From Euprymna scolopes (taxonomy: Eukaryota), in NCBI GenBank assembly GCA_053919585.1, contig CM132800.1: DNA of 64,000 nucleotides; one strand, written 5' to 3'. Below the pieces are notes generated by a model that had not been told where the DNA came from, made no database searches, and worked only from the letters and a program-made list of their open reading frames with translations. Shown here piece by piece: positions 37,456 to 50,600 of the stretch; within the stretch, counting starts at the first letter, position 1, and every line of letters begins with the position of its first letter. Made by a program: the position numbers and the translations under genes.

Positions 37456-37728
37456 AATTATTCATCGGACTATTGTTTTGATTGTGAATATCAATTTTAC
37501 AACGTTTCGGTTGGTGTAACTTCCGATCTTCTTCAGATGTATCTTGTTTAACTCGGAAATGTTCATATCGAACCGGGGGTAGCATGCTCTTGTTCTCTCG
37601 GCCATGATTGGATAGAGGTCCTAAGTAATTTGCAATTTCGGTCACTCACACTGAGAATCGAACCTTCAGGAGGATATCACTTTTACAATTGATTTTTCTA
37701 AGTACTCTAACCATTGTGCCATGGGTGC
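37455..37728 (-). mobile_element. tRNA-promoter-headed SINE-like element with hammerhead-like 3' module
   Basis: Minus strand: A box TGGCACAATGG (37711-37721), B box GGTTCGATTCT (37654-37664), body shared with 28500-28570, then cat-CTGAAGA-A-GATCGG-aagttaca-CCAACC-GAAAC-GTT-gta. Confidence 0.7.
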
Positions 37729-37984
37729 TTGCATGATTCATTTGGCTGATTCATTTGTTCAACAAAAAACCCCAAAAAAAGTTGGAACTCCTCCACAAAA
37801 TGTTCAACTTAAACATGAAAGCAAATAATATTATTATTAATAATAAAAGTAAAATAATGATAATGCAAAATACAGACTGTTACTTTTTAGATAATCTTTT
37901 GCTCATTGAATTGTTAGGTGAAAGTACAGAATTGTTACAAAAAACTCTCTTCTCCTCTTATTAAGAATGGGTTTCCTAATAATA

Positions 37985-38446
37985 ACGGTCCTTTTCTCCT
38001 CCTTGCAACCTCTATCTCACAGAAGAGATGTTGCGAGTTTGTCTCTGATGTATCGTTATTTTCATGGAAAGTGTTCAACTGAGCTTCAATCTATGGTCCC
38101 CCCTCGCCAAACTTTCACAAGAAACACTCGTCTAGCTGTAAACACTATCAATAATTTCCCCCACTCTTTATCTGTGCCTAAACCTAAACGTAGATTCCAT
38201 GAACAAAGCTTCTTTCTTAGAACTGCACGCCTGTGGAATTGTCTTCCGTTTTCCTGCTTTCTGGCTGACTACAATATGGTTGTGTTCAAGTCTAAAGTAA
38301 ATAAGTTCTTGATGAGCCGTTCCATATAAGTTATTAAATTTACCAAATTTTCATTACTAATGATTACTATATTGACCAATTTCTACTGTACACTCTTTAA
38401 CCCTTATCCTTGAGTGGCCTCTGGGCCTTGATAATGTGGTGACGCC

Positions 38447-38477
<31 letters not shown>
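37985..38477 (+). mobile_element. LINE family B 3' fragment with intact last ~110 codons, 3'UTR and poly(A)
   Basis: LQPLSHRRDVASLSLMYRYFHGKCS...FFLRTARLWNCLP...FKSKVN; long A-tail. Confidence 0.92.
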
Positions 38478-38574
38478 TGATTCGTATTCTGCATAAGTAC
38501 CTAAGAAAAATAAATTATTATACAATTAAACTATAAATTATAAATACAAAATTACACAATGAAAATATAAATAT

Positions 38575-38935
38575 GACCCTGAGGTGCAATGGTTAAAGGT
38601 GTTGAATAGCAGTCAGATTAAAGTGACAATGTTCTGGGGTTTCTCGAGTCAATTTTTAATACAGGCGATAACTAAAAACAACATAAATCAACATTCCTAT
38701 TCAGTTATGGCTGACAGAACTAGAACAATCTACTTCCATGGGTTAAATGAAATGGTCCAGTTCCAAATTTTGTATATATTCTCGAGTTCAGTATAAACTA
38801 TTCGAAAGAACGTTCAGAAAGGTGCATCTGAAAACGGCTGAAGCTTTAGTCGAGATGTAAAAATGGCATCTAAGATGGAGAATAATTAATTCAAATAATA
38901 CAACTTATTAATCTTCCTTTCTTTAGAAATTCCGA
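38575..38935 (+). mobile_element. Second, more decayed tRNA-headed HHR-family element
   Basis: A-box-like aggtgcaatggttaa, body related to the 28.5-kb and 37.6-kb copies, degenerate core catCTGAAAAcGGCTGAagctTTAGTCgagatgt. Confidence 0.5.
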
Positions 38936-39409
38936 AGTATAATTCTTTATAAATATATTAGTTTTTTTTTTTAGAACCTCTTTTAATGTCTCAAGTGATG
39001 GTGGTTGAACAGTGTGTGCATTTTCATAATGAATAAAAAATGCAACAAGCATTTTGTGAATGCAAATAGATAGTAGAAAATGTTAGAATGACACACCCTC
39101 ATCCCCACTTCAAGTCCATCCACCCGAGCTATCAATTGAAGGTCATTATTTGTGAAATTGGATAGTTCTGCTCAGTGTTCTTTCTTTAGAGATAATCATC
39201 TCATAATGGTTGACTAGTATTTTGTTTGTACAAGTGTCTAACTTTGCTTTTCATTTGCTAGTTTGACTGTCAATTTGTAATTATCTTTCAGTGATGTGCA
39301 TGTATGAACCACTGTATTGGGTCTATTAAGATATGTTCAATTGCTTGAGTTTTTTTTTTTTAAAGCTCAAAATTATAAAACAAATTTCCAAATGCATTTC
39401 TCCTCTTCT

Positions 39410-39695
39410 CACTTTCCCCTTTTTCTCTACCACTCTCACTCCCCTTTTCTCTGCCCCTCTCCCTCTCCCCTTTTCTCTGCCCCTCTCCCTCTCCCCTTTT
39501 CTCTGCCCTCTCCCCCCTTTTCTCTGCCCCTCTCGCTCTCCCCCCTTTTCTCTGCCCCTCTCGCTCTCCCCCCTTTTCTCTGCCCCTCTCGCTCTCCCCC
39601 CTTTTCTCTGCCCCTCTCGCTCTCCCCTCTTTTCTCTGCCCCTCTCGCTCTCCCCCTTTTTCTCTGCCCCTCTCGCTCTCCCCCTTTTTCTTCTG
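39410..39695. repeat. 28-bp polypyrimidine minisatellite (CCCCCTTTTCTCTGCCCCTCTCGCTCTC)
   Basis: About 9-10 tandem units; accounts for the four low-complexity ORFs here. Confidence 0.95.
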
Positions 39696-40880
39696 CTCAT
39701 ATCTCTCCTGTTTCTCTGTATCCCCTCTTTCTCTCTTCCTGTCATTTGGGACCAAATTGACTTGACTGCATCCCGGGTAATGCCAAATAAGTATGGTCAG
39801 TTATCTATACATTAACAAAATTCCACAAACTTTATAAACTTAGACATAAAAAAAGCTTACCGTTTTTTTTTCACATTTAATGTTTGAACTTAATCTTTTA
39901 CCAAACTTCTTGAAATATTACTGAAAGTTTGTTGCATCATATCACCTAGTCGAATGATTGGTTAGTATGATGAAGCTTATTTCAGGATAGATGACCTGAT
40001 TCTGTCATAAAGCATCATCAACAGGAATATAAATCTACCTTTAGAGGAGGTTTTCGCCCCAATGCTTAGTTGCAGTCTCCACTGCCACACAGATGTCACT
40101 TTTGTTGCAATCCGTTTTTCGGCTATTTGGAACAGCCTGCCAGAGGATAATGCCTACAATATCAAAGCTTAAAGTCGCCTTGAACAAACATTCAGGCAGT
40201 ACATAGTACGGGCAATATCAGTTATATTTTTACCTGGCTTACTTTGCCTTTTTTTAGCAAATAGAATTGATTGATATAAATTGTACATTCAAATCTATAA
40301 TTATTCTGATTTACAGTAAGCATATCACACATTTTCTCAGATATTACAGGAATTAAAGAGTTACCAAAATCCATGTTGCAATCAATGTGACGTTGATTTG
40401 ATTTCACTTGAAACGAAGATGAAGTTAAGCCCTGTAAAGATTTGTCTATGGATTTCCAACTAAGTCCATGAAAATGAAATCATTTTATTTTATATTAATT
40501 ATTTTGAACGAGTTGACTTCGTTCGCTTCCTATCGTTTTACAATTTAATTCCTATTCATTACATGTAATCATTAAAACAAAATTTTCTGTATAAAGGAGG
40601 TGAATGGTTAATGAGGTGGGCAAAAGGAAGGAAATATATATATTTCAGAATACTGAGGTGACTAGGATCCCAGGTTATTGAATCCTGTGATATCAAGTCT
40701 TACAAAATATTTTGGGAGGTAATATTTTTTATATAAGACGATCCTAGCCAAAAAAGGAATAGGTCAATATACTAGATGTATTAAGTAATTACTTAGAATT
40801 GTATTCTTTGTTCAAATAATAAATTTTTGTTTTGAAATATTATATTTTTCTGAATAAAATTTAAATATAAAAAAACTATA

Positions 40881-40941
<61 letters not shown>

Positions 40942-40944
<3 letters not shown>

Positions 40945-42546
40945 TGCCGGCAAAAAGAAAGTCCGCACTTGTAATTTTTTCAAAAACTGCAAGTTTAAGC
41001 TAAATTTAATGTAATTGTTTAAACAAACTATACCTCATTTGATTGGCCGTTTATTCCTCTATAATTTTACCTGTTCATATTTGACTTTTAATTGAAATAT
41101 TCTAGTGTTCATGTCAATTTTAAAAAAATAACTTCAAATTGAGGCAAAAAGAAAGTCCGCAGCAACAGATTTGCTTAAAACCAGCTTAAATTATCGTCCT
41201 TAAATCAGTTTAAAATATCCACCAACAGGCAACAAAGCATCTTTAATCGTAATTGTTGTTGTTCCAGGTTATACAACGTAACATTTAGTTCATATACCAT
41301 GACTTTCTCTTGGTAATCTCTACCTTTCTGGTTTATCCAATCGACAAATCGGCTGCAGATTGAGATGTGATGAGAAAATGACACAAAAGACTGTGCAAAA
41401 GCACCAAAACACAGGCAGTGTTCGTGATGCCTCTAAATCTGGTCGTACTAGTGTTACTTCTAACAGGGAAGATAATGCTATCAAGATCCGCAGCCTTAAA
41501 AACTCCAAATCCAACAACGGTCCAATTTTGTTAAAAAGTGCTCTCTTTCTACTATCAAGAACAGATTAAAGGAATTTAATTTGCGAGGATATGTTGCAAG
41601 ACGCAAGCCAATGATTTCTGTAAAGAACAGAAAGTGCTGTCTGGACTTCATCAGATGCAGTGAAGATCGTGACTCTTCATATTGGTCAAAAGTGCTTAAA
41701 AAGCAAGTTCAGTGGGCTAGGTAGTGATGGTAGGCAGTACGTCCGTCAGAGGAAAGACAAAAATTTTAATCCTAGGTGCTAACGCTGCAAGGTGGTAGAG
41801 GTTCAGTTTTGGTGTGGGGCATTATTAGTACCAATGGTCCAGGGCATATCTTTTGCTTACAAGGTCGAATTACTTCGACCAAGTACATTAATATGTTGAC
41901 TGAGTAATTTCTACACTACTTTGGTCAGTATTTGGATGATAACCCCATCTTCATGCAGGATAATGCTCCCATTCACACACCTGGCAAAGTCAAGCGGTTC
42001 CTGGAAGTGCATGATATTCCGTGTTTGTATTGGCTTGCACAATCTCCAGACCTCAATCCTATCGAAAATGTATAGCATTACATCAAGCAACAGCTACACG
42101 ATAAAATTTCAAATTTGGAAGGACTTTGGACAAAAATTAAAGAAAAGTGGGATGCCCTTTCCCCGGAGTATTGCTGCAGTCTAATTCTAGGAATTCCAAA
42201 AGATTGTAAGCTATCAAATTGCAGAAGGGCTATGCTACTAAATATTAACTAGTTCATTGTGTTCCTGTTGTATTTGTGTTGCATTAATGTCCTAAAGTTA
42301 CATTTAAATAACAATTTTCCATTGTGCGGATTTTCTTTTTGCCTCCTCAATTTGAAGTTATTTTTTTAAATTGACGTGAATGCTAGAATATTTCCAATTA
42401 AAAGTCAAATATGAACAGGTAAAATTATAGAAAAATAAAAGGCGAACCAAATGAAGTATAGTTTGTTTAAACAGTTACATTAAATTTAACTTAAATTTGC
42501 AGTTTTTGAAAAAAATTACAAGTGCGGACTTTCTTTTTGCCGCCTG
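40942..42546 (+). mobile_element. Full-length Tc1-family DNA transposon (IR/DR type)
   Basis: TA|CAGTGCCGGCAAAAAGAAAGTCCGCAC start and matching right end. TIRs of ~220 bp, each with inner and outer direct repeats GGCAAAAAGAAAGTCCGCA. About 1.6 kb. Confidence 0.95.
41300..42248 (+). pseudogene. Tc1 DD34E transposase pseudogene
   Basis: HTH region ...SKSGRTSVT.., RGYVARRKP, GGRGSVLVWG, FMQDNAPIH-(34 aa D to E)-SPDLNPIEN, ends GYATKY*. Frameshifts and stops; first catalytic D region deleted. Confidence 0.93.
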
Positions 42547-44131
42547 TGTATATATATAATCACAGACAATATTAAAGAAATGTTATATTTTTTAGCTTTG
42601 AACCAAATTATGGTAACTAAAATAATTGGAGTTGTGATCAGATAACATAATTAATATTTAAATCCAAATGAAGTTGTGGAAAAACTGTTTCTGTATCTTT
42701 CTTTAAACATATTAACTGTTGAATTCTCACTTTCTAAAAAGATACTCCGACCCTCCTATAGCATATTTTTGCTAACCTTGGAGGATTCCGAACTAACATA
42801 TTGCTACCATACCCAACCCCAAAGGAAAAGTTAATGCCTATGACGATATTATTATAACAAAAGAATAGGTACCCTATCTGCCCCTAAGAAAAAAAGGTGG
42901 GGGGGGGGCAATTGTGATGTATCTACCTTTTTATGGCGTCTGAATTGGAAACAGAAACAATGGCCTTTTTTACTATGCCATATATTAGATTTTTGGTCGT
43001 GCATAATTCATGTCATATGTTCTCCCTATTTCTCTATTTAAAACGGCCGCATGAGGGGACATTAAAGCTTCTGCCAAGGAGTTGAACGCATAAGAGTATC
43101 CTACTAGAACCTTGGAGATCGCAGCAAGGTAACCTGTTGTAACGTGCCTCTCTACTTGTTTCAAGAGCTTAACTTACTGAGAATTCGCCATACATGACCA
43201 CAGAATAGACATCACACTATCCACAGCCTCAACTAAGTATAGGAAGATAAAGCATTAGTTTGAAATAGTATACTAAACTAAATATCAGGGCTCTACATTG
43301 CGAGTGAAACAGTCGCCTTTGCGAATGATTTTCCAAAGTGGTGACTAGAAAAAAATGAAACGTTTCTCTTTTGGCGATTGTATTTCTTTCACTGACAATC
43401 TTCCAAAGCTCACTACTGAGTGAAAAATATCTTTTCAACTTTTTTAATAAAATGAACAAAGTTTAATTGTTTAAACAATAAAAGTTTAATAGAAAAATAT
43501 ACTTTTTTTTTTCTTTTTTAACGAAGTCTGTTTAAAAAGCATCTGAAGAAATTAGAATGTTTATACCTTTAAGTATCAACATAAAATTTGTTGTATATTT
43601 AGAATTATACTTAGTAAAAAAAAAAACAAAAATAAAGAATAAAAAAAAATCTTTATCATGTACATACTCGTCACAGAACGAAGATTTCATGTTCTAAAAA
43701 TCATATGGGGTTGTCTAGTAACTTTTCTATTTTGATAGTAAACGAAAATATTTAGTTGTCAAAGGTCAACTAAAGATAAATATGTCCATAGAGCCCTGAA
43801 TATAATACACTATTACCTTAATGGTAGTAATAGTATAGTTTATTGCAATCTCCATTACTAATAGATTGAAAAGTGCAAAAAAAACAAAAACTGAATTACT
43901 ATACATGAGGATCTGTTAAGAATTGAGCTTTTCACTTTCCTCCTATTTTTTATGCTTAGTTATGCCTTTTATATCAAATCCAATAAAGTACATAATGAAA
44001 TATCTGTTTTTAACGTCAGATTTTAAAACACAGACTATCTCTGGTTTATCATGTATGTCATTAAATCATTTTCATATTCATATTTCTATGCCTTCTGCAT
44101 ACTTTTACACACATACACACGGATCGAGTTA

Positions 44132-44189
<58 letters not shown>

Positions 44190-44194
<5 letters not shown>

Positions 44195-44438
44195 TAAAAG
44201 AATACCTGTTTCAGTAAGTGTAAAATAAATTCTGAGAATGGAACAGTTTTGTATTGCTTTTTAACCCCACTAAAAATAAAAAATATTTCTAAAATCCTCA
44301 TTCCAATTTTGATCCAAATCCATTACATGATTTTGGTCCCAGAAAGTTGAAGGCTTATGTTTAAAGGATCTTAATAAACTGAAATTCAGTCGACAGTTAT
44401 TATGTGAGCAATTATAGAAATAACATGATTTAACGAAG

Positions 44439-44518
<80 letters not shown>

Positions 44519-44620
44519 GGGAATCTTGCTTAATTGGAGGTTATGGATGAAGGTTGATGCAAATCTAATATATTATGTTTATTAACATTTCACGAAAATC
44601 AGAGGAATCTCAATTTTGAA
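44190..44620 (-). mobile_element. Helitron-like family H1 copy, interrupted by (TA)n
   Basis: Reverse complement homologous to 17750-18129. Confidence 0.45.
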
Positions 44621-44679
44621 GGGCTTTTCCCAGTCGCATGTATATCCCAGTCAGAGGGGATGATGACGTTAGGATTTGG

Positions 44680-44806
44680 CAGTTGTTGCAGGGAGGTGCC
44701 GATATGCAGTGCCTGGTATTCCCAAATAGTCACCTGTCTGGTATTGACTAGACTTAACTTTGGTGATTTAAGAGAATCAGCGAATCATCGTGATTATGCT
44801 GTATGC
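44680..44806 (-). mobile_element. 5S rRNA-derived SINE head (second subfamily)
   Basis: Minus: catacagcataatcacgatgattcgctgattctcttaaatcaccaaagttaag...ggtgactatttgggaataccaggcactgca + gcacctccctgcaa. Confidence 0.7.
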
Positions 44807-44899
44807 CTAGCGCAGTCACACATGCAGACACACACACATACACACACACACACACATACACACATGCACACAGTTCTGTTGTGCTAGTTTTCGTTCCAT

Positions 44900-45560
44900 C
44901 TTTGTAATCCTTTTAGATGTTTACGAAAACACCTATTTTGGGCTGCTGTCTTCATTCTTCATCTTTTCTTCGACTTTATACTTCTTTCAAAGCTTCTGAG
45001 TTGACCTCTCCCTTCCCCCCACTACATTGCATTATATCCCTATCCCGCACTCACTTTTTCTGGAAACTGAAATTTGTCAGATTGTGTCTGCTGCTGCCGC
45101 CGCTGTATTCCACAAATAATAATAGGCTGCCTCTCTTTCTCAGTCTTCCTCTACCCATTGACCTCCGCTCCTCCACACACCAGCACATCACCAGGACGCA
45201 CCAGTGCTCTGCTACAAACCGCCAACCCCCACCCAACTCTGCTTGATTTGACTTTTTTTTTTCCTTTTTTTTTTTTTTTTTTTTTTCCAACTTGTTCAGA
45301 ATATTCTATCTGGCTAGTGTTTCGTAGTAAATACTCAGCCACTTTCCATTATGCTAATGAGACTGGAATATTTTCAGCAGCAGCAGCTGCTTTGGTATAA
45401 AAATAATGATTGGAATCAATAAAAGTCGGGTCAGCGTTCAGTCTGCAGAGATTCCGATAGGAGAGCAAGTTACCCTGGAAACATTACTTCCTTCTTCATC
45501 TTCTTTTCCATCATCACATTACCGGCAATTTATTGAATGAGCCACACAATCTTTCCTTTT
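44900..45560 (-). promoter_or_regulatory. Unique GC-richer island, candidate promoter/first exon
   Basis: Non-repetitive, GCA/GCG-rich. Minus-strand consensus donor AA|GTGAGT at 45054. Adjacent 45-48.5 kb retains CpG. Confidence 0.3.
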
Positions 45561-45600
45561 TCTTTTTATCCCCTCTAGAAATATGTATCATGTAGACATT

Positions 45601-45686
<86 letters not shown>

Positions 45687-45697
45687 TAAGGTAAAAT

Positions 45698-45743
45698 AAT
45701 ATATATATATCATAAGGTAAAATTAAAAGCCAACTACAACCTA

Positions 45744-45801
<58 letters not shown>

Positions 45802-45846
45802 AGGTTGTAGTTGGCTTTTAATTTTACCTTATGATATATATATATA
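45698..45846. repeat. Near-perfect ~150-bp palindrome centred on an (AT)n tract
   Basis: cataaggtaaaattaaaagccaactacaacctactt-(AT)n-aagtaggttgtagttggcttttaattttaccttatg, with (AT)n outside too. Confidence 0.95.
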
Positions 45847-46434
45847 ATGTAATTTCTGTACTTTTGAATCTAAAAAAGATTAATAAAAATAAGCATTTCT
45901 TCATTTAGTATTGGTGATTACTGAAATCACCAATTATTGCTACCTGATATTATCTATATAAACATTAAGATTTTTCTTCGATGTTGTTTTGCTGATGGTG
46001 TAGTGGGTAAAATACTAAAAAAAAAAAAAAGTTTCGGTATCAGCTTGAAGCAACGAAATAAATAACACACACTTTGGCAACCATGTCCTTGTCTATAACA
46101 GGAACGTTTCCATGATAGCAGCCTTCATAGAGTAGTCTGTTATGGGCATGCCTTATCAATCAGTCACAACAATTGTTTTTTTTGTTTTTGTTTTTTTTTT
46201 CCTCTTTTGTTCCGACCTTAATCCTTGTAAATGTATTGACTTGTCTAGGTCATACTCATGGTGGTTACTAGCGAGGTAAAACACAAAATGGAATCATTTA
46301 TATATTAATACGCGTTTTATTTTCTGTGTTACGCTTACATCTTAATTGTTATGTACTTCCATTTCTTGTCATAAATAATTTTATCAAGAATTCTTCATAA
46401 GTTTTGCTTTTGATTATGGCTGAAGGAACTCAAG

Positions 46435-46468
<34 letters not shown>

Positions 46469-47149
46469 TTTTTCATAAATTTTTATTTCGGTTTTGATTC
46501 AAGCTAATGCGCTCAAGTTATATGGATATATTTGCAATTTTTGAAATTGCAACTTTATAATATATATAAAAATCGATGGAACATTAACTCTATAATATAC
46601 GAAATCTGCAAGAATTTAAATATATTTAAGCATACTTTACGACCGGTCTTTGCCAGGCGTTCGTGCTAGCTTAGATAAATACTTTTGCAGTTTTAACTAA
46701 AAAGCTACAATAATATCAGAGCGTTTCTATTTATACTGAACATCTACAGAATGCCAACATCAATATATTGCATATGAATGAGTCCCCTTTGGAATTTCCA
46801 CAGGTCCCACTAGTAAATACTAATATATTAAATAAAATTATATTTGACCTTGATGCTAAAGAGTTTTATCTGTGTTATCTTCTCTTGTATGACCATATGT
46901 TTTAAAGACATGCAAAGAAGAGGGTTTCAAAGATATGCTGAAACAATTCTGAACTGAAAGAAATCACATCATGCTCAAAATCAGGGCAATGCAAAAAAAA
47001 AAAAAAAAAATACGAGCATGTCAAAATTGTTGACAATTTTACATGTTATATCCAGGCATACCTATTGTTGAATGGAAATAAAACAAAGAGCGTTGGACAT
47101 TTATGATTGAAACTGGGTGGACAAGTCAGACATAGATTAAAGTTTATTT

Positions 47150-47340
47150 TTTTTTAATTTTTTTTTTTTTTTTTACACAGTGATCACCACTTATCAAGGC
47201 CCGGAAGCCACTCAGGGATAAGGGTTATTGCAAGTACATTACGTTAGTGTGGAGATTTGATGAAGTGTTTAATTAGGGGGGGCGGTTCATTAGGAATTTG
47301 TTAACATTGGACTTGAAGACATCCAAGTTGTAGTCCGGTA
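47150..47340 (-). mobile_element. LINE family B 3' end
   Basis: Nearly identical to 55545-55712. Confidence 0.9.
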
Positions 47341-47844
47341 TTTGTACGAAATATGGTTGGATTGCAGAAAGGATTGAGGATTTTATTAACGGTTCGATTA
47401 GTAGTATTGGGGGGGGGGCGTTACCTTGTATGTAATAATCTCATTTATAAAACTCACTATGTCTGTCTCCAATTTTTCAAGACGGAAAGTCGCAGAGCAT
47501 CGCGAGACAGCTTAAACAATTTAATTTTTTGTGGACCGTTTTTTTGTGTTAAAATTAGTTACTAAGTAAAAAAAAAAAAAAAATAAAAAGTCAAAATTAG
47601 AACTTGCCAAGCGTAAGTCGACTTAAACTGCTTTTCTACACATGGGCAAATATATATACATTTGTACATGAATGTCAGCTTATTTTTTAGCTATCTCATA
47701 TCTGACTTACAATGGCCATGCGGTAACGTCTCTGGCTAAAAGGCTATAAATTTTGCTTTTAATTTTGATTCTAGCTGATAGCACCCAAGTCATATTTTTT
47801 TTTTTTACTTTGGAAACCACAACTATATATTGGGTACAATAGCA

Positions 47845-50248
47845 TCTCTATATTATAAGGTAGCTGTAGGAATTCTCCTCTGGAGAAAAGTATCATAGAT
47901 TTGCAACAACAGATGCCACATACAAATTCAATACAGCTATGCTAATAGCCACTATCTTATGTAGTTTTCAAACACCGTTTCAGACACATTCAGTTGTGAT
48001 AATAAAATACATTATATCCTATGAGCAATATCATCCTAATTGCAACATCGTTAGAGGAAGGAGTTCCTATTTTTCTCTAAATATTTAGTCCTACCACTGC
48101 TATCAGTAGTCACCAGGAGGAATTGTACACGTTCCACAGGTTCTGTGATTACACTGACCGTAACTGGCTCATAGATTTAACATAGTCTTTCCAATTCTCA
48201 ATTCATAAATAATAAAGCCTCCCTCGCCAAAGTTTGTCCATTCTGATTGGCTGAGCGCTGATAATTCTCATATTTCATAATCCAGTTTTTCACTTTATAA
48301 ACGAACGGTTACTACCATTAAAATATGGCATCACTAAGAGACATTATTTCGCCCAGCGTCAAGTTCATTTAATGCATAGGTGATTTCAGTCATGTAAGAT
48401 AAAAAAAATACAAGAGAGAAAATCATAAAACAAATATTCAATAACCAGTTTGCTTGTTTTCTTTCACAAAGTTTAAAAGGACGCTACCCACTATAAGAAT
48501 CTCCTTCATTGTTCTCGACATCAAAACAACAACAAAAAAATAACAACCCTTGCAATCAAGTTGTTTACCATTGAACACACTTCATAATACAGACCGGTAT
48601 TCCATTCCCTTTATTTTTTTTACTCCAGTTTAAATATCTTTTGCAAATTTTAACATTATGCTTTCTTTTAGAACCTTTAAACCACGCTATCCACTACAAC
48701 ACTCTCCTTGTTGTCATCATAAACCACAACAAAACATCTTCCCTCGATTTATCCTATTGAAAACACTTTGCACTACACACACCCCATCCATTTGTTTTTT
48801 GGGTTTTTTTTTATAATTTTTTATACAACACTTTCCATAATACAAACATGGGTGCACCTTAACAATTGACACCCTCTTATATATTTTTACCGTTTCGGCT
48901 TTTTTTTTTTTTTTTTCAACTAATTCTGCAGGTTATCATCACTTGAACAGTAAGCCACCCTATTATAAAAAATATTGACACAAAAAATTTCCCTTTTCAA
49001 ATCTTTAAATATATAGTTTTTTTTTGTTTTTTTTTCATATTTATTATAACGTTGCATGTGAAATGGAAACCCCCTTTCCAAATCTTTAAATGTACAGCTT
49101 TTCCTGGTAGTCAAGTGTCCAATCGATAGTAATCCGCACAAATAGTTGAAAAAGGACAAGGTCAACTTTGATGATGGGGGATCCAATTGTTCAGGGACAC
49201 TATAACATGGTTTGGTGGACCTGAACAATGCTGACCCTAGCGTTTAGATTTTACCTTTTCAGTTTTTCATACTTTATTTTCTGGTGATTATCATCGATTA
49301 CAGCCATAACTTTAAGTTTACAAAACAATTAAAAAAAAAAAAAAAAAAAAATTGGTGGACCTGAACAATACTGCCCCCTATCATTTAGATATTTTATTTT
49401 TCACTTATTCGCTAATTTTTCAGGCGATTTTCAGCACTTACAAGCTTAAATTTGGAATTATAACATTCTGCTACACTGAACACACACTTTTTGACCACTC
49501 TTGTTGTTAATGATGCCACTATCATTTAGATTTTTCCTTTTCAATTTTTCACAAATTTCTACGGCGCTTATTACACAATAAGCTTTCACATTACCAAAAT
49601 ACCTTGGAAAAAAATTGTATACACCTTACCAACAGAAAAGAAAAACACTTAATGGCTAGAGGCAGCATTAACAACTGACGTTGCAAAGAAAGTGTACTCC
49701 ATTTATTAGAACGTTATCGTTACAAATTGAGCCTCGACTTTTATAGCCATTAAAAATACTACCTTAAACTTCATTTTTAATCTGAAAATGAGGTCTGTAC
49801 TCGATGATAATCGGCAGAAAAAAATTAGGACAAAGTGAAAAGGAAAAATTTAAAGACTACTGGAATCATTGTTCAGGTGTGCTGCAGTGTTTTTTGGTCG
49901 TTTCTTTTCCTCATGGCACAATGTTTCTTCCGGAATAAATGCACTGGATTATAATTAATTGTTAGTTCATTCTTATATTTTCATTATAGATTACAGGCAG
50001 ACGGTAACACCTGCAATCTAATAGAGCACACTGCCCTACTTTTATTTGACACGTTAGGTGAAAGCACAGAATAATCACATCACATAATCAAATCCTCATG
50101 TTTAGAATGAGTTTATAGATACTAACGTTACTTCAGCATGGTACATTCATTTTACTGGGCTATCAATGGCTCCCACTAACAACTGTAGTTTTTTTTGTTT
50201 TTGTTTTACAGGGGATGGGAGCATACTCCAGTAGACAGGTCCTGCTAG
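47845..50248 (+). mobile_element. Large (~2.4 kb) non-autonomous Helitron-like element
   Basis: a|TCtctatattataagg ... GGAGcataCTCCagtagacaggtcctgCTAG|t. ~150-bp repeats at 49205-49560 and an inverted copy near 49800-49890. That the two ends belong to one element is inferred. Confidence 0.4.
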
Positions 50249-50419
50249 TATGAAATAATCGGCAGAGAATTGACTATATATTAAATGTGGATAAATTAAA
50301 ATATATTTAAGTGTATTTTATGACTGCGCAACACCAGGCGCCAATATGATGTAGTGTTTATTTAAGACCCTTCATCAAAAATGATGGAAAGAAAGAAAAT
50401 TATGCTTCACCAAGGTTTG

Positions 50420-50600
50420 CACTAATATTCATATAAAATCATAGAATCATGTCAGTAATTTAATTTTTCATGTATAAATTATCATTTTTGATGACCTAAA
50501 GAAAAACTTCACCGTTGACAATTTTTATTTTAAAGTAGAGGATTTTGTTCCAAATTCTATTTCAGGCATCCAAGAGTCGTCTGATATGCTATTTATTTTA
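50420..50600 (+). repeat. Second copy of the 3920-4090 repeat
   Basis: Direct alignment with 3920-4090. Confidence 0.8.

Noticed and set aside
39317-39815. Pro/Ser- or Arg/Glu-rich ORFs
   Set aside because: Translations of the 28-bp CT minisatellite.
45396-45445. Plus-strand TATA box and initiator
   Set aside because: TATA-to-Inr spacing (37-44 bp) is non-canonical, and TATAAAA is common in AT-rich DNA.
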